Assembly: GCA_039621445.1 (NCBI GenBank)
Contig: CP154954.1
Location: forward strand, 30,942,395-30,996,522
From: Euglena gracilis
Taxonomy: Eukaryota
DNA: 54,128 bases
Direction of reading: 5' to 3'
Made by a program: the position numbers and the translations under genes. Under the pieces are notes generated by a model, which saw nothing but the letters and a program-made list of their open reading frames with translations, did not search any database and was not told the DNA's origin. How positions within the stretch are numbered: the stretch's first letter is position 1; each line of letters starts with the position of its first letter. Of the stretch, positions 22,426 to 35,575 are shown piece after piece.

Positions 22426-22529
22426 TTTAAAAAACCTATTTTGTCTGGGCCCGACGCCTGTCTTGAAATTCATTCGACCGAACCGCCTGGACGGAAATAT
22501 GGCCAAAAAAGTGGTTTTTGGCCCATTTT

Positions 22530-22650
22530 GCCTGAATGGAAAACGCTAGACATAAACGGGCGCCTGAATGGAAATCGACTGACATAAACGGGCGCCTGAA
22601 TGGAAATCGACCGACATAAACGTGCGCCTGAATGGAAATCAACTGACATA
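22530..22650. repeat. ~32-bp tandem repeat (GCCTGAATGGAAATCGACTGACATAAACGGGC)
   Basis: About 4 units; the last is split by the MITE at 22651. Confidence 0.8.
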
Positions 22651-23029
22651 CCATGCCCCCCCCCCCCCCCCCCGAGCTATTCCCCCCCCCCGGACCCCTT
22701 ACGGCCCCAAAGGGAAAGTACGGGGGGGGGGGGAAACCTCGGGGGGGGGGGGGACCTAGGTCCCCCCCCCCCGAGCTATTCCCATACCTGACCCTCGGGC
22801 AACCCAAAAGGGGTCATTTTTGGCAACTTTTTTGGATGTTCGCAAAAAATGGTCAATTTTGAGCACATTTGCCAAAAGGTGACTTTTGAAAATGGTCCAA
22901 AAACGTCGATTTTTGACCACTTTCTTAGGAAGTTCTTTATAAAAAGTGCTATGACAGTGAGCTATTCCCGTACCCCCAATGGGAATAGCTCGGGGGGGGG
23001 GGGAATAGCTCGGGGGGGGGGGGGCACGG
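22651..23029. mobile_element. Tc1/mariner-like MITE
   Basis: TIR CCATGCCCC..CGAGCTATTCCC / GGGAATAGCTCG..GGGGCACGG; TA TSD; removal restores GACATAAACGG. Confidence 0.8.
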
Positions 23030-23544
23030 TAAACGGATTCCGATGTCATGGAAATCGACCAACCTTTTGGGCCCTTTTTCTGAATGCTTTTTTGTTCCGT
23101 TTTGGGACATTGTCAATTTCAGCCTGAAATACGTTAATGTCGGCCAACCTTTTTTCAACAGGTTTTAACAGTTGCCACCCCAAATAATCTTAAGTTCCGT
23201 CCTTCCGTCCGTTCCATCCAAAATTCAGCCAGTTGTGATGACCTGACCCCCTCCCCCTCCCACCCCCTCCAAAAAAATTCATCCAAATATGCAGGAAAAT
23301 GACTCGAAACCCACCCAAATGCCTTCCAGAACCCCCAACCCAACCACCAATGGTCAGTAGCCATGGCCGCCAACGACTCGTCGCTAGCGACCATGGTCGC
23401 TAGGGACCGGTTGCTGCAGAAAACTCCCCCTCCACCCCCATCCGAGCCTTAAATAACAAAATACTCGGGGGCTAAGCCGTTTTTTTGTGGCTCACTTTGG
23501 CATAGGCGGGGGGGGGGGCTCCGCCCCCCCCGCCCCCCCCCTCT

Positions 23545-24508
23545 ACTACAAAAAAGGGGGGCGGACGCCGGTTCTGTCCAAAACCCGGCGTTCCGGACAC
23601 CGGTTCCGTCCGAAGGACGGAACCGGCGTCCGGAACGCCGGGTTTTGGACAGAACCGGCGTCCGCCACCCCTTGTTTAAAGCGGCGTTTTAGAGACGCCG
23701 GGTTCAGGACAGAACCGGCGTCCCCACCCTTCGGTCAAAGGACACTCCCAGGACCAATCTCCGACCACTTATCTGCAATGTCACGCCACTTTGCATTTCA
23801 CCAAATTCCGGCGATCGCGAGGGTATTTCTGGCTGTGTCGATCGTCCTGGTACAAAGTCACCCCTCAATCAAAAGCTCTTTTCATCAGACGACTGGCGAT
23901 CACCACCAAATTCAGCCACGCCGCCTGGAGCTCTTACTTTTTGTCACTGGGAAATCCTAATTTCACAACTCTCGTGCCCCCTGGAACCCCTCAGGTGGTT
24001 GATTCGAAGAGAAAAAACGTTTCTGTAAGGTTTATTAAGCATCTTAAACCAAAAATCACTGAAAATCACCACACATTTCGACTCAGATTCTGGCCGATCC
24101 GACGATCGCGAGCGTATCTCGGGCTGCGTGCAACGTTAGGGTACCAAGTTACCCCTCGATCGAAAGCTCTTTTCAACAGACGACCAGCGGTGCTCATCAG
24201 ATCTTTCCACGCTGCACGGTACTCTATTTCCAAATCTGGGCCAATTTTCACCAAATTTGGATATCCACCCCAGTGGTCCCCAAATGGCAAAATTCATTGT
24301 CCTAGATGGTTGAAACAGTCATACCAGCACCTTAGGGCCACTTTTGGGCACTTTTGGTGACATTTTTAGGAATGAAAACCGGACGCCGGGTTTTGGACAA
24401 AACCGGCGTTCCTAACGCCGGGTTTTAGGACAGAACCGGCGTCCGTAAAACCCGTGGGGGGGGACGCCGGTTCTGTCCTGAGCCCGGCGTCTCAAACGCC
24501 GGTTTAAA
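23545..24508. mobile_element. Non-autonomous ~960-bp repeat with a terminal long hairpin and asymmetric inverted repeats, copy 1
   Basis: Hairpin at 23554-23673 (GAA loop); IR 23677-23725 vs 24460-24508; homologous to 26341-27305 and 36368-37433. Confidence 0.7.
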
Positions 24509-26340
24509 TAACAAAATCCCTTCTATGTTGGCAACATACTCGGGGGCTAAGTCGTTTTTGTGGCTCACTTCCATAGGCGGGGGGGGGGGGCTCTGGCCCC
24601 CCCACACCCCCCCCCTCAAATAACAAAATCCCTTCTATGTTGGCAGTATACTTGGAGGGATAAGTCCTTTTTGTGCAAATTTTGACTTATATATTGAAAA
24701 TCCAATGGGGAGAGGTGTTCTTTTGCCAAAAGTGGCCCAAAATGGACATTTCCCCCCCATTTTTTTTGCTTATTCACCCCCGATTGGGGGTTCTGGAGCT
24801 ATTTGGGTCACTGCCCCCCCCCTCCCGTCTCGCCGACTGGCTACCGACCAATTGGTCGGCCGACCAATTGGGTAGTCGGCCGACTACCCACTACCGTTCG
24901 GCACTAATTTACGCCCAGGGACTGTAGAAACACAGATTTTGACCAAAGCCATGTTGCTATACACAGCCTTAATGGCTTCCTGCTCATCAAACAAAAAAAC
25001 TGCCTGAATGCAGCGACGTCCCCACGCACGCAAAAACTCACCAATTGATAAGTATTTCACACCCAGTTGATTGCAAAGATCAAACTATGACAAAAAAAAA
25101 CGAGCCAAACTAGCTCGCTACACGTTCTGAGAACCAGGCATTTGGGGGGGGGGGGGGCGGAGACGTGAAAAGTGGGCCATTAACAGGGTCCTCGGATGAG
25201 TGATGTGATGAAATTGGTCAGGTGAAAAGTGAAATTTGGATTCTTTATTTTTTTCATAGATTGTTCTTGATGGCCAAGCGGCAAAACCTCGTGTGGGAGG
25301 CCAGTCTGAAAGCCCCTCCATCCCTGGAGTTTTTCGTGGCTGAGAGACAAAAAGCTGCTGCTATGGTGAAAAAAAGATCCATTTCAACATTAACGGATTT
25401 AGCAAGGGGCGCCGTTACAATGAAACGTTTTTCTGTATAAAAACTGTTAGTGTAGTCAATTGTTCTAAAACCTATTTCGCAGGGCCCGCACGCTTGAACA
25501 ACGTTCGACAGCGGGGGGGGGGCGGGGGTTTCGCCAGGGGTAAGCTTTGCTCTTACCCTAAAGGGATAAGAGCTCAGCGACCCCCCCCCCAACCCCCCTG
25601 CCCCCTAACCACCCCTCTAACCAGGGTGTGACGTAGAGCTGAGCTCTTTGGGAGACCACCCCGGCCCGGCCCGGCCTGCCAGCGGCCCAGCGGCGCGGCC
25701 CGGCCCGGCCCGGCCCGGCCCGGCGGCCGGCAGCCCGGCGGCCAGGCGGCCCGGCCAGCGGCCGGCAACCCGGCCCGGAGGCCCTTTTTTTTGGTTTCAG
25801 CAAAATTTCATTGGATTTTCGCCGTTTTGGGACCCCCCCCCCACAACCCGACCAGGGCGGGTAGCAGCCTGGCCATGGGGGGGGGTTCTGGGGGAGGTAC
25901 GTACCTGGTATAAGGTGCGTACCTGGTACAAGCAGGTACTGGGGGGGGGGTACGTACCAGGTACGACCCCCCACACCGGCGCCTACAAGGCCTATGTCTA
26001 AAGAGGTACGTACCCCCCCCCAGGACCTGTGTGTACCTTTACAGGTACAACAAGCAGGTACACGATGGGTACTGGGGGTACGTACCTGGTACGTACCCCC
26101 CAGGACCTGCGTGTACCTGTACAGGTACACGCAGGTAGGCAACAAAAGGACTTGGTAACACAAGGGATTTTGTTATTTTGGGGCCCTCCAATAGTTGAGC
26201 AACAAAGGGGATTTGTCCACCAAAATGACTCGGAAACACAAGGAATTTTGTTATTTTGGGGTCTCCAACAATTGTGTATCCCCCCTCCCAGGACCTGTAC
26301 CTGTATAGGTACAACAGGTACTGGGGGGTCGTACCTATTT

Positions 26341-27305
26341 TACTACAAAAAAGAGGTGTCGGACGCCGGTTCTGTCCAAAGCCCGGCGTTCCGGACGCCG
26401 GTTCCGTCCGAAGGACGGAACCGGCGTCCGGAACGCCGGGCTTTGGACAGAACCGGCGTCCGACACCTCTTGTTTAATCCGGCGTTTTAGAGACGCCGGG
26501 CTCAGGACAGAACCGGCGTCCCCAACCTTCGGCCAAAGGACACTCCCAGGACCAATCTCCGACCACTGATCTGCAATGTCACACCACTTTGCACTTCACC
26601 AAATTCCGGCGATCGCGAGGGTATTTCTGGTTGTGTCAATCGTCCAGGTATAAAATCACCCCTCGATCGAAAGCTCTTTTCATCAGACGACTGGCGATCA
26701 CCACCAAATTCAGCCACGTCGCCTGGAGCTCTTATTTTCTGTCAGTGGGGAATCCTAATTTCACAACTCTGGTGCCCCCCCAAGGCCCTCAGGTCGTTGA
26801 TTCGAAGAGGAAAAACGTTTCTGTAAGGTTTATTAAGCATCTTAAACCAAAAATCACTGAAAATTGCGACAAATTTCGACTCAGATTCTGGCCGATCCGA
26901 CGATCGCGAGCATATCTCGGGCTGCGTGCAACGTTAGGGTACCAAGTTACCCCTCGATCGAAAGCTCTTTTCAACAGACGACCAGCGGTGCTCATCAGAT
27001 CTTTCCACGCTGCACGGTACTCTATTTCCAAATCTGGGCCAATTTTCACCAAATTTGGATATCCACCCTAGTGGTCCCCAGATGGCAAAATTCATTGTCC
27101 TTGATGGTTGAAACACTCATACCAGCACCTTAGGGCCACTTTTGGGCACTTTTGGTGACATTTTGAGGAATGAAAATCGGACGCCGGGCTTTGGACAAAG
27201 CCGGCGTTCCTAACGCCGGGCTTTAGGACAGAACCGGCGTCCGGAAGCCCGTGGGGGGGGGGACGCCGGTTCTGTCCTGAGCCCGGCGTCTCAAACGCCG
27301 GCTTA
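26341..27305. mobile_element. Hairpin/IR repeat, copy 2
   Basis: Perfect 59-bp-arm hairpin at 26351-26471. Confidence 0.7.
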
Positions 27306-27383
27306 GATATGGGCCTTGTCGGCGCTGGTGTGGGGGGTACATACCTCCCCCCCGTGTGCCCCCCCCCAGGACCTGCGTGTACC

Positions 27384-28109
27384 CAGGGTTGACGTTTTTT
27401 TTGTTTTTTCCAAAAAAAACAAAAAAACATTTTTTTTTTCAAAAAAAAATGCAAAAAAAACATTTTTTTTTGAAAAAGCAAAAATTGACCTTTTTTGAAG
27501 AAAATTTTTCGCGGGTGGTTCGGGTCACCAGGGGGGGGGGTCACGGGGGGGTCACAGGGGGGGGGTCACGAGGGGGGGGTCACATTTTCGGTGGCCAGAT
27601 TAGAAATCACCGAAAACGAATTTTCGGGAAAAAATTCCTTTTTATGCTCCTTATAATCCTTATAATCCTTTTTAGGCTCCAAAATAGGAATCCCCCAAAC
27701 GAAAATTAGGAAATCTACCGGAATTAGGCATCACCGTGTCAAATTAGGCAAATCATGTCAAATTAGGCATCACCGGCCAAGTTTTTCAGAAAAAAATGGC
27801 CGAAACGGGTCTTAGGTCGGGTTGGGGGAGGGGGGTCATGGGGGGAACACCCCCTTTGAAGTTTTTTTTTTCAAATGTGTGAAAGTATTTCCAAATCTGT
27901 GTTTTCTGGTGCGAAAAATCATGCTTTCAACCCAAAAAAATGAATGTTGTAGAGATAAAAAATGTACTTTTCCCCCAAAAAACATTGCAAAAATTTTTTC
28001 CCCCAAACCCTCCATGACGTTTTTTTTTGCTTTTTTTAAAAAAAACATATATTTTTTTTAAAAAAAACATGTTTTTTTTTGTTTCAAAAGAAACAAGCCG
28101 TCAACCTTG
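27384..28109. mobile_element. hAT-like MITE, same family as 1609-2272
   Basis: CAGGGTTGACG...CGTCAACCTTG; 8-bp TSD CGTGTACC. Confidence 0.9.
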
Positions 28110-28925
28110 CGTGTACCCCCCCAGGACCTGACAGGTACAACAGGTACTGGGGGGGGTACGTACCTATTTAGACATGGGCCTTGTCGGCGCCGGTGTGGGG
28201 GGGTACGTACCCCCCCAGGACCTGCGTGTACCCCCCCAGGACCTGGACAGGTACAACAGGTGCTGGGGGGGGGTTGTACCCCAGGTACGTACCCCCCAGA
28301 ACCCCCCCCCCCCAGGCCCAGACCGACACCCGACCGGGGCCAGGTTTGGAGATTTGAGAATGCATTTTCTTGTTTCGTGGGAAACGCATAATTCTTGTTA
28401 AAACTTGGTGGTGGTGCCAGATTTGGAATTTGGCAAAATAATTAGGTTTGGTGACCCTTAATTTGGTCCGTGCTATTTGCCTGCCATTCTGAAATTCCTA
28501 CAGACCCCCCCAAATTTCTGGTGATTTTGGTGGTTTTTTGAAATGGTGACGAAACCCCCGAAAATCCCCCCCCCCTTCAAAAGAGGACCTGGGAGTGCTT
28601 TTGGGGGTTTTTTCCACAACCGTCAGGCAATTATTGCAGATGATCTGAACAAATTTTGGGACATTTTTTTCCCTCAATCATTGAGCTCGAAAGGTGCATA
28701 TTTTGCCAGCATCCCACAATTGAAAGAATTTACATTTTTTTTGACCAATTTGGATGGAAAAGTGCGGTTGGCTTGTGCCTGAAAATGCCCCCGCCTGATT
28801 TTGGACGAAAAACGCGGCCGCAGGGGGGGGGAGCTCTCGATGCGCTACTGTAATTCGAGGTTCAAGCCAACTGGGACAATTAGGGCGGGGGGGGGGGCTC
28901 GAGGACCCCAGCTGACCCATTTTTA

Positions 28926-29174
28926 CCCCCCCCCCCTAGTCGTATGACCGGGTTCCTGCAACCTGTGACCGGGGGGGGGAACACCCCCATAACCTGCAAC
29001 CTGTGACCGGGGGGTGGTCATAAATGAGGTGGCGGTCATAGGTAAGGTGGTGTTAAATTTTTCGCAACCTGCAACCTGTGACCGGGGGTGGGGGGTCATA
29101 ACACCCCCATGACCTGCAAACTGTGACCGGGGGGTGGTCGTAAATGAGGGGTGGTCGTACGACTAGGGAGGGGG
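28926..29174. mobile_element. TA-flanked MITE present only in duplicate copy A
   Basis: TIR CCCTAGTCGTATGACC / GGTCGTACGACTAGGG; TA TSD; empty site TTTTACCGCAC at ~39048. Confidence 0.85.
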
Positions 29175-29829
29175 TACCGCACAAAAAAACTGGTGCATCG
29201 TTGGACAGCTTTTTCTGATGCAAACTCCAAAATCTTTCAAAACAAACATTTTTTGGAGATTTCCTGAGCCTTTTTTGCCGGCTTGTCAAATTTAGCTGGC
29301 CTTGCCTTGAGCATACATTTTTTTAAGGTTCTCCCCCCCCCCGTGGTTGCAGCCAGCCCTGATTTTGGCCCAGCCCAGCCGCAGCAGCAGCAGCACCCCC
29401 TCGGGGGATGCTGCCAGCCCTTCGAGCCAGCCAGTTTTGCCGCTTGGCCATCAAGAACAATCTATGAAAAAAATAAAGAATCCAAATTTCACTTTTCACC
29501 TGAACAATTTCATCACATCACTCATTTCAACATTAACGGATTTAGCAAGGGGCGCCGTTACAATGAAACGTTTTTCTGTATAAAAACTGTTAGTGTAGTC
29601 AATTGTTCTAAAACCTATTTCACAGGGCCCGCACGCTTGAACAACGTTCGACGGCGGGGGGGGGGGGCGGGGGTTTCGCCAGGGGTAAGCTTTGCTCTTA
29701 CCCTGAAGGGATAAGAGCTCAGCGCCCCCCCTCCCCAACCCCCCTACCCCCTAACCCCCCCCCCCCTAACCAGGGTGTGACGTAGAGCTGAGCTCTTTGG
29801 GAGACCACCCCGGCCCGGCCCGGCCTGCC

Positions 29830-32800
29830 GGCCCCGGGCGGATTCCTGTGGGTGCTCATCCTGGGGGTGATGCCGACCTGGTCGGCCCGACCACCTGGTC
29901 GGCCCGACCATGGTCGGGCCGACCAGGTCGATAACTACCCCTGGGGGTGATACCGACCAGGTCGGTATCACCCCCAGAAATCTGCATTACCCCCCCCCTC
30001 TTTGGAAATTAAACACCCCCCCCCCCCCCGGGTTTCCAAAAGACGAGATCAACATGGACCCGAAAAGGGGTTGGCAGATAAAAGGGGTTTATTTTGTTAA
30101 TGAAAGGGATAGGGTTAGGTCGACTTGCACCCGAAAAGGGGTTGGCAGATAAAAGGGGTTGGCAGATAAAAGGGGTTTATTTTGTTAATGAAAGGGATAG
30201 GGTTAGGTCGACTTGCACCCGAGAAGGGGTTGGCAGAAAAATGGGGTTTATTTTGTTAATGAAAGGGATAGGGTTAGGTCGACTTGCACCCGAAAAGGGG
30301 TTGGCAGATAAAAGGGGTTGGCAGATAAAAGGGGTTTATTTTGTTAATGAAAGGGATAGGGTTAGGTCGACTTGCACCCGAGAAGGGGTTGGCAGATAAA
30401 AGGGGTTGGCAGATAAAAGGGGATTATTTTGTTAATGAAAGGGATAGGATTAGGTCGACTTGCACCAGAGAAGGGGTTGGCGGATAAAAGGGGTTTATTT
30501 TGTTAATGAAAGGGATAGGGTTAGGTCGACTTGCACCCGAAAAGGGGTTGGCAGATAAAAGGGGTTGGCAGATAAAAGGGGATTATTTTGTTAATGAAAG
30601 GGATAGGATTAGGTCGACTTGCACCCGAGAAGGGGTTGGCGGATAAAAGGGGTTTATTTTGTTAATGAAAGGGATAGGGTTAGGTCGACTTGCACCCGAA
30701 AAGGGGTTGGCAGATAAAAGGGGTTTATTTTGTTAATGAAAGGGATAGGGTTAGGTCGACTTGCACCCGAGAAGGGGTTGGCAGATAAAAGGGGTTTATT
30801 TTGTTAATGAAAGGGATAGGGTTAGGTCGACTTGCACCCGAAAAGGGGTTGGTAGATAAAAGGGGTTGGCAGATAAAAGGGGTTTATTTTGTTAATGAAA
30901 GGGATAGGGTTAGGTCGACTTGCACCCGAGAAGGGGTTGGCAGATAAAAGGGGACAAAAGGGGATTATTTTGTTAATGAAAGGGATAGGATTAGGTCGAC
31001 TTGCACCCGAGAAGGGGTTGGCGGATAAAAGGGGTTTAGGGGTTTATTTTGTTAATGAAAGGGATAGGGTTAGGTCGACTTGCACCCGAAAAGGGGTTGG
31101 CAGATAAAAGGGGTTGGCAGATAAAAGGGGTTGATTTTGTTAATGAAAGGGATAGGGTTAGGTCGACTTGCACCCGAAAAGGGGTTGGCAGATAAAGGGG
31201 TTTATTTTGTTAATGAAAGGGATAGGGTTAGGTCGACTTGCACCCGAAAAGGGGTTGGCAGATAAAAGGGGTTGGCAGATAAAAGGGGTTGATTTTGTTA
31301 ATGAAAGGGATAGGGTTAGGTCGACTTGCACCCGAAAAGGGGTTGGCAGATAAAAGGGGTTTATTTTGTTAATGAAAGGGATAGGGTTAGGTCGACTTGC
31401 ACCCGAAAAGGGGTTGGCAGATAAAAGGGGTTGGCAGATAAAAGGGGTTGATTTTGTTAATGAAAGGGATAGGGTTAGGTCGACTTGCACCCGAAAAGGG
31501 GTTGGCAGATAAAAGGGGTTTATTTTGTTAATGAAAGGGATAGGGTTAGGTCGACTTGCACCCGAAAAGGGGTTGGCAGATAAAAGGGGTTGGCAGATAA
31601 AAGGGGTTGATTTTGTTAATGAAAGGGATAGGGTTAGGTCGACTTGCACCCGAAAAGGGGTTGGCAGATAAAAGGGGTTTATTTTGTTAATGAAAGGGAT
31701 AGGGTTAGGTCGACTTGCACCCGAAAAGGGGTTGGCAGATAAAAGGGGTTGGCAGATAAAAGGGGTTGATTTTGTTAATGAAAGGGATAGGGTTAGGTCG
31801 ACTTGCACCCGAAAAGGGGTTGGCAGATAAAAGGGGTTTATTTTGTTAATGAAAGGGATAGGGTTAGGTCGACTTGCACCCGAAAAGGGGTTGGCAGATA
31901 AAAGGGGTTTATTTTGTTAATGAAAGGGATAGGGTTAGGTCGACTTGCACCCGAAAAGGGGTTGGTAGATAAAAGGGGTTGGCAGATAAAAGGGGTTTAT
32001 TTTGTTAATGAAAGGGATAGGGTTAGGTCGACTTGCACCCGAGAAGGGGTTGGCAGATAAAAGGGGACAAAAGGGGAGTATTTTGTTAATGAAAGGGATA
32101 GGATTAGGTCGACTTGCACCCGAGAAGGGGTTGGCGGGTAAAAGGGGTTTATTTTGTTAATGAAAGGGATAGGGTTAGGTCGACTTGCACCCGAAAAGGG
32201 GTTGGCAGATAAAAGGGGTTGGCAGATAAAAGGGGTTGATTTTGTTAATGAAAGGGATAGGGTTAGGTCGACTTGCACCCGAAAAGGGGTTGGCAGATAA
32301 AAGGGGTTTATTTTGTTAATGAAAGGGATAGGGTTAGGTCGACTTGCACCCGAAAAGGGGTTGGCAGATAAAAGGGGTTGGCAGATAAAAGGGGTTGATT
32401 TTGTTAATGAAAGGGATAGGGTTAGGTCGACTTGCACCCGAAAAGGGGTTGGCAGATAAAAGGGGTTGGCAGATAAAAGGGGTTGATTTTGTTAATGAAA
32501 GGGATAGGGTTAGGTCGACTTGCACCCCAAAAGGGGTTGGCAGATAAAAGGGGTTTATTTTGTTAATGAAAGGGATAGGGTTAGGTCGACTTGCACCCGA
32601 AAAGGGGTTGGCAGATAAAAGGGGTTGGCAGATAAAAGGGGTTGATTTTGTTAATGAAAGGGATAGGGTTAGGTCGACTTGCACCCGAAAAGGGGTTGGC
32701 AGATAAAAGGGGTTTATTTTGTTAATGAAAGGGATAGGGTTAGGTCGACTTGCACCCGAAAAGGGGTTGGCAGATAAAAGGGGTTGGCAGATAAAAGGGG

Positions 32801-35575
32801 TTGATTTTGTTAATGAAAGGGATAGGGTTAGGTCGACTTGCACCCGAAAAGGGGTTGGCAGATAAAAGGGGTTTATTTTGTTAATGAAAGGGATAGGGTT
32901 AGGTCGACTTGCACCCGAAAAGGGGTTGGCAGATAAAAGGGGTTGGCAGATAAAAGGGGTTGATTTTGTTAATGAAAGGGATAGGGTTAGGTCGACTTGC
33001 ACCCGAAAAGGGGTTGGCAGATAAAAGGGGTTTATTTTGTTAATGAAAGGGATAGGGTTAGGTCGACTTGCACCCGAAAAGGGGTTGGCAGATAAAAGGG
33101 GTTGGCAGATAAAAGGGGTTGATTTTGTTAATGAAAGGGATAGGGTTAGGTCGACTTGCACCCGAAAAGGGGTTGGCAGATAAAAGGGGTTTATTTTGTT
33201 AATGAAAGGGATAGGGTTAGGTCGACTTGCACCCGAAAAGGGGTTGGCAGATAAAAGGGGTTGGCAGATAAAAGGGGTTGATTTTGTTAATGAAAGGGAT
33301 AGGGTTAGGTCGACTTGCACCCGAAAAGGGGTTGGCAGATAAAAGGGGTTGGCAGATAAAAGGGGTTGATTTTGTTAATGAAAGGGATAGGGTTAGGTCG
33401 ACTTGCACCCGAAAAGGGGTTGGCAGATAAAAGGGGTTGGCAGATAAAAGGGGTTGATTTTGTTAATGAAAGGGATAGGGTTAGGTCGACTTGCACCCGA
33501 AACGGGGTTGGCAGATAAAAGGGATTGGCAGATAAAGGGGTTGATTTTGTTAATGAAAGGGATAGGGTTACGTCGACTTGCACCCAAGAAGGGGTTGGAG
33601 GATAAAAGGGGTTTATTTTGTTAATGAAAGGGATAGGGTTAGGTCGACTTGCACCCGAAAAGGGGTTGGCAGATAAAAGGGGTTGGCAGATAAAAGGGGT
33701 TGATTTTGTTAATGAAAGGGATAGGGTTAGGTCGACTTGCACCCGAAAAAGGGGTTGGCAGATAAAAGGGGTTGGCAGATAAAAGGGGTTGATTTTGTTA
33801 ATGAAAGGGATAGGGTTAGGTCGACTTGCACCCGAAAAGGGGTTGGCAGATAAAAGGGGTTGGCAGATAAAAGGGGTTGATTTTGTTAATGAAAGGGATA
33901 GGGTTAGGTCGACTTGCACCCGAAAAGGGGTTGGCAGATAAAAGGGGTTGGCAGATAAAAGGGGTTTATTTTGTTAATGAAAGGGATAGGGTTAGGTCGA
34001 CTTGCACCCGAAAAGGGGTTGGCAGATAAAAGGGGTTTATTTTGTTAATGAAAGGGATAGGGTTAGGTCGACTTGCACCCGAAAAGGGGTTGGCAGATAA
34101 AAGGGGTTGGCAGATAAAAGGGGTTGATTTTGTTAATGAAAGGGATAGGGTTAGGTCGACTTGCACCCGAAAAGGGGTTGGCAGATAAAAGGGGTTGGCA
34201 GATAAAAGGGGTTGATTTTGTTAATGAAAGGGATAGGGTTAGGTCGACTTGCACCCGAAAAGGGGTTGGCAGATAAAAGGGGTTGGCAGATAAAAGGGGT
34301 TGATTTTGTTAATGAAAGGGATAGGGTTAGGTCGACTTGCACCCGAAAAGGGGTTGGCAGATAAAAGGGGTTGGCAGATAAAAGGGGTTGATTTTGTTAA
34401 TGAAAGGGATAGGGTTAGGTCGACTTGCACCCGAAAAGGGGTTGGCAGATAAAAGGGGTTTATTTTGTTAATGAAAGGGATAGGGTTAGGTCGACTTGCA
34501 CCCGAAAAGGGGTTGGCAGATAAAAGGGGTTGGCAGATAAAAGGGGTTGATTTTGTTAATGAAAGGGATAGGGTTAGGTCGACTTGCACCCGAAAAGGGG
34601 TTGGCAGATAAAAGGGGTTGGCAGATAAAAGGGGTTGATTTTGTTAATGAAAGGGATAGGGTTAGGTCGACTTGCACCCGAAAAGGGGTTGGCAGATAAA
34701 AGGGGTTGGCAGATAAAAGGGGTTGATTTTGTTAATGAAAGGGATAGGGTTAGGTCGACTTGCACCCGAAAAGGGGTTGGCAGATAAAAGGGGTTTATTT
34801 TGTTAATGAAAGGGATAGGGTTAGGTCGACTTGCACCCGAAAAGGGGTTGGCAGCTTTAAAAGGGGTTGCAGATAAAAGGGGTTTATTTGTTGTTAATGG
34901 AAAGGGATAGGGGTTAGGTCGACTGCCACCCGAAAAAGGGGTGGTTGGCAGAATAAAAGGAGTGTTAATTTGTTAATGAAAGGGATAGGGTTAGGTCGAC
35001 TTGCACCCGAAAAGGGGTTGGCAGATAAAAGGGGTTGGCAGATAAAAGGGGTTGATTTTGTTAATGAAAGGGATAGGGTTAGGTCGACTTGCACCCGAGA
35101 AGGGGTTGGCAGATAAAAGGGGTTTAATGTGACCCCCCCCTATTTGTCACCCCCCCCTAATAGTCGCCCCCCCCTTGGGGGGCGACAATTAGGGGGGGTT
35201 ACCCATGGACCCATGGAAATGTGGGGTAAATTGAGTAACGCCCCCCTAATTGTCACCCCCCCCCCCCCTAATAGTCGCCAGGGGGGTCAAAACACTCCCG
35301 AGGGGGTGCCATATAGGGTGGGGGGTCACGTTATTAAATTTTTTAATTAAATTTTTACCTTAATTAACAATTGACCTATTCAAACGAAGGGGGGGGGGGC
35401 TTAAATTTCCAAAAGGTGGGGGGGGTAATGCGGATTTCTGGGGGTCGGGCCGACCAGGTCGGCATCACCCCCAGAGGTCGGTATCCCACCAACAGGGGTC
35501 GGGCCGACCACAGGTCGGGCCGACCAGGTCGGCATCACCCCCAGGATGAGCGCCCACAGGAATCCGCACGGAGCC
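29830..35575. mobile_element. Mutator-like foldback element carrying a satellite array
   Basis: ~190-bp imperfect TIRs (GGCCCCGGGCGGATTCCTGTGGG.../...CCCACAGGAATCCGCACGGAGCC); 9-bp TSD CGGCCTGCC at 29821-29829 and 35576-35584; empty site at ~25672. Confidence 0.85.
30058..35126. repeat. Satellite, 71-bp and 88-bp units, roughly 60-65 copies
   Basis: Unit CCCGAAAAGGGG(TTGGCAGATAAAAGGGG)1-2 TTKATTTTGTTAATGAAAGGGATAGGGTTAGGTCGACTTGCA; no unique spacers. Confidence 0.97.

Larger units (their letters stand above)
25380..29432. repeat. Segmental duplication, copy A
   Basis: Colinear and near-identical with 29523-29829 + 35576-39308. Confidence 0.9.

Noticed and set aside
23791-24360. 189-aa ORF repeated in three copies
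   Set aside because: Non-ATG start, different stops among copies, no domain motif.
30058-35126. CRISPR array or coding repeats (MQVDLTLSLS... ORFs)
   Set aside because: No unique spacers or cas genes; the ORFs are by-products of the tandem repeat.
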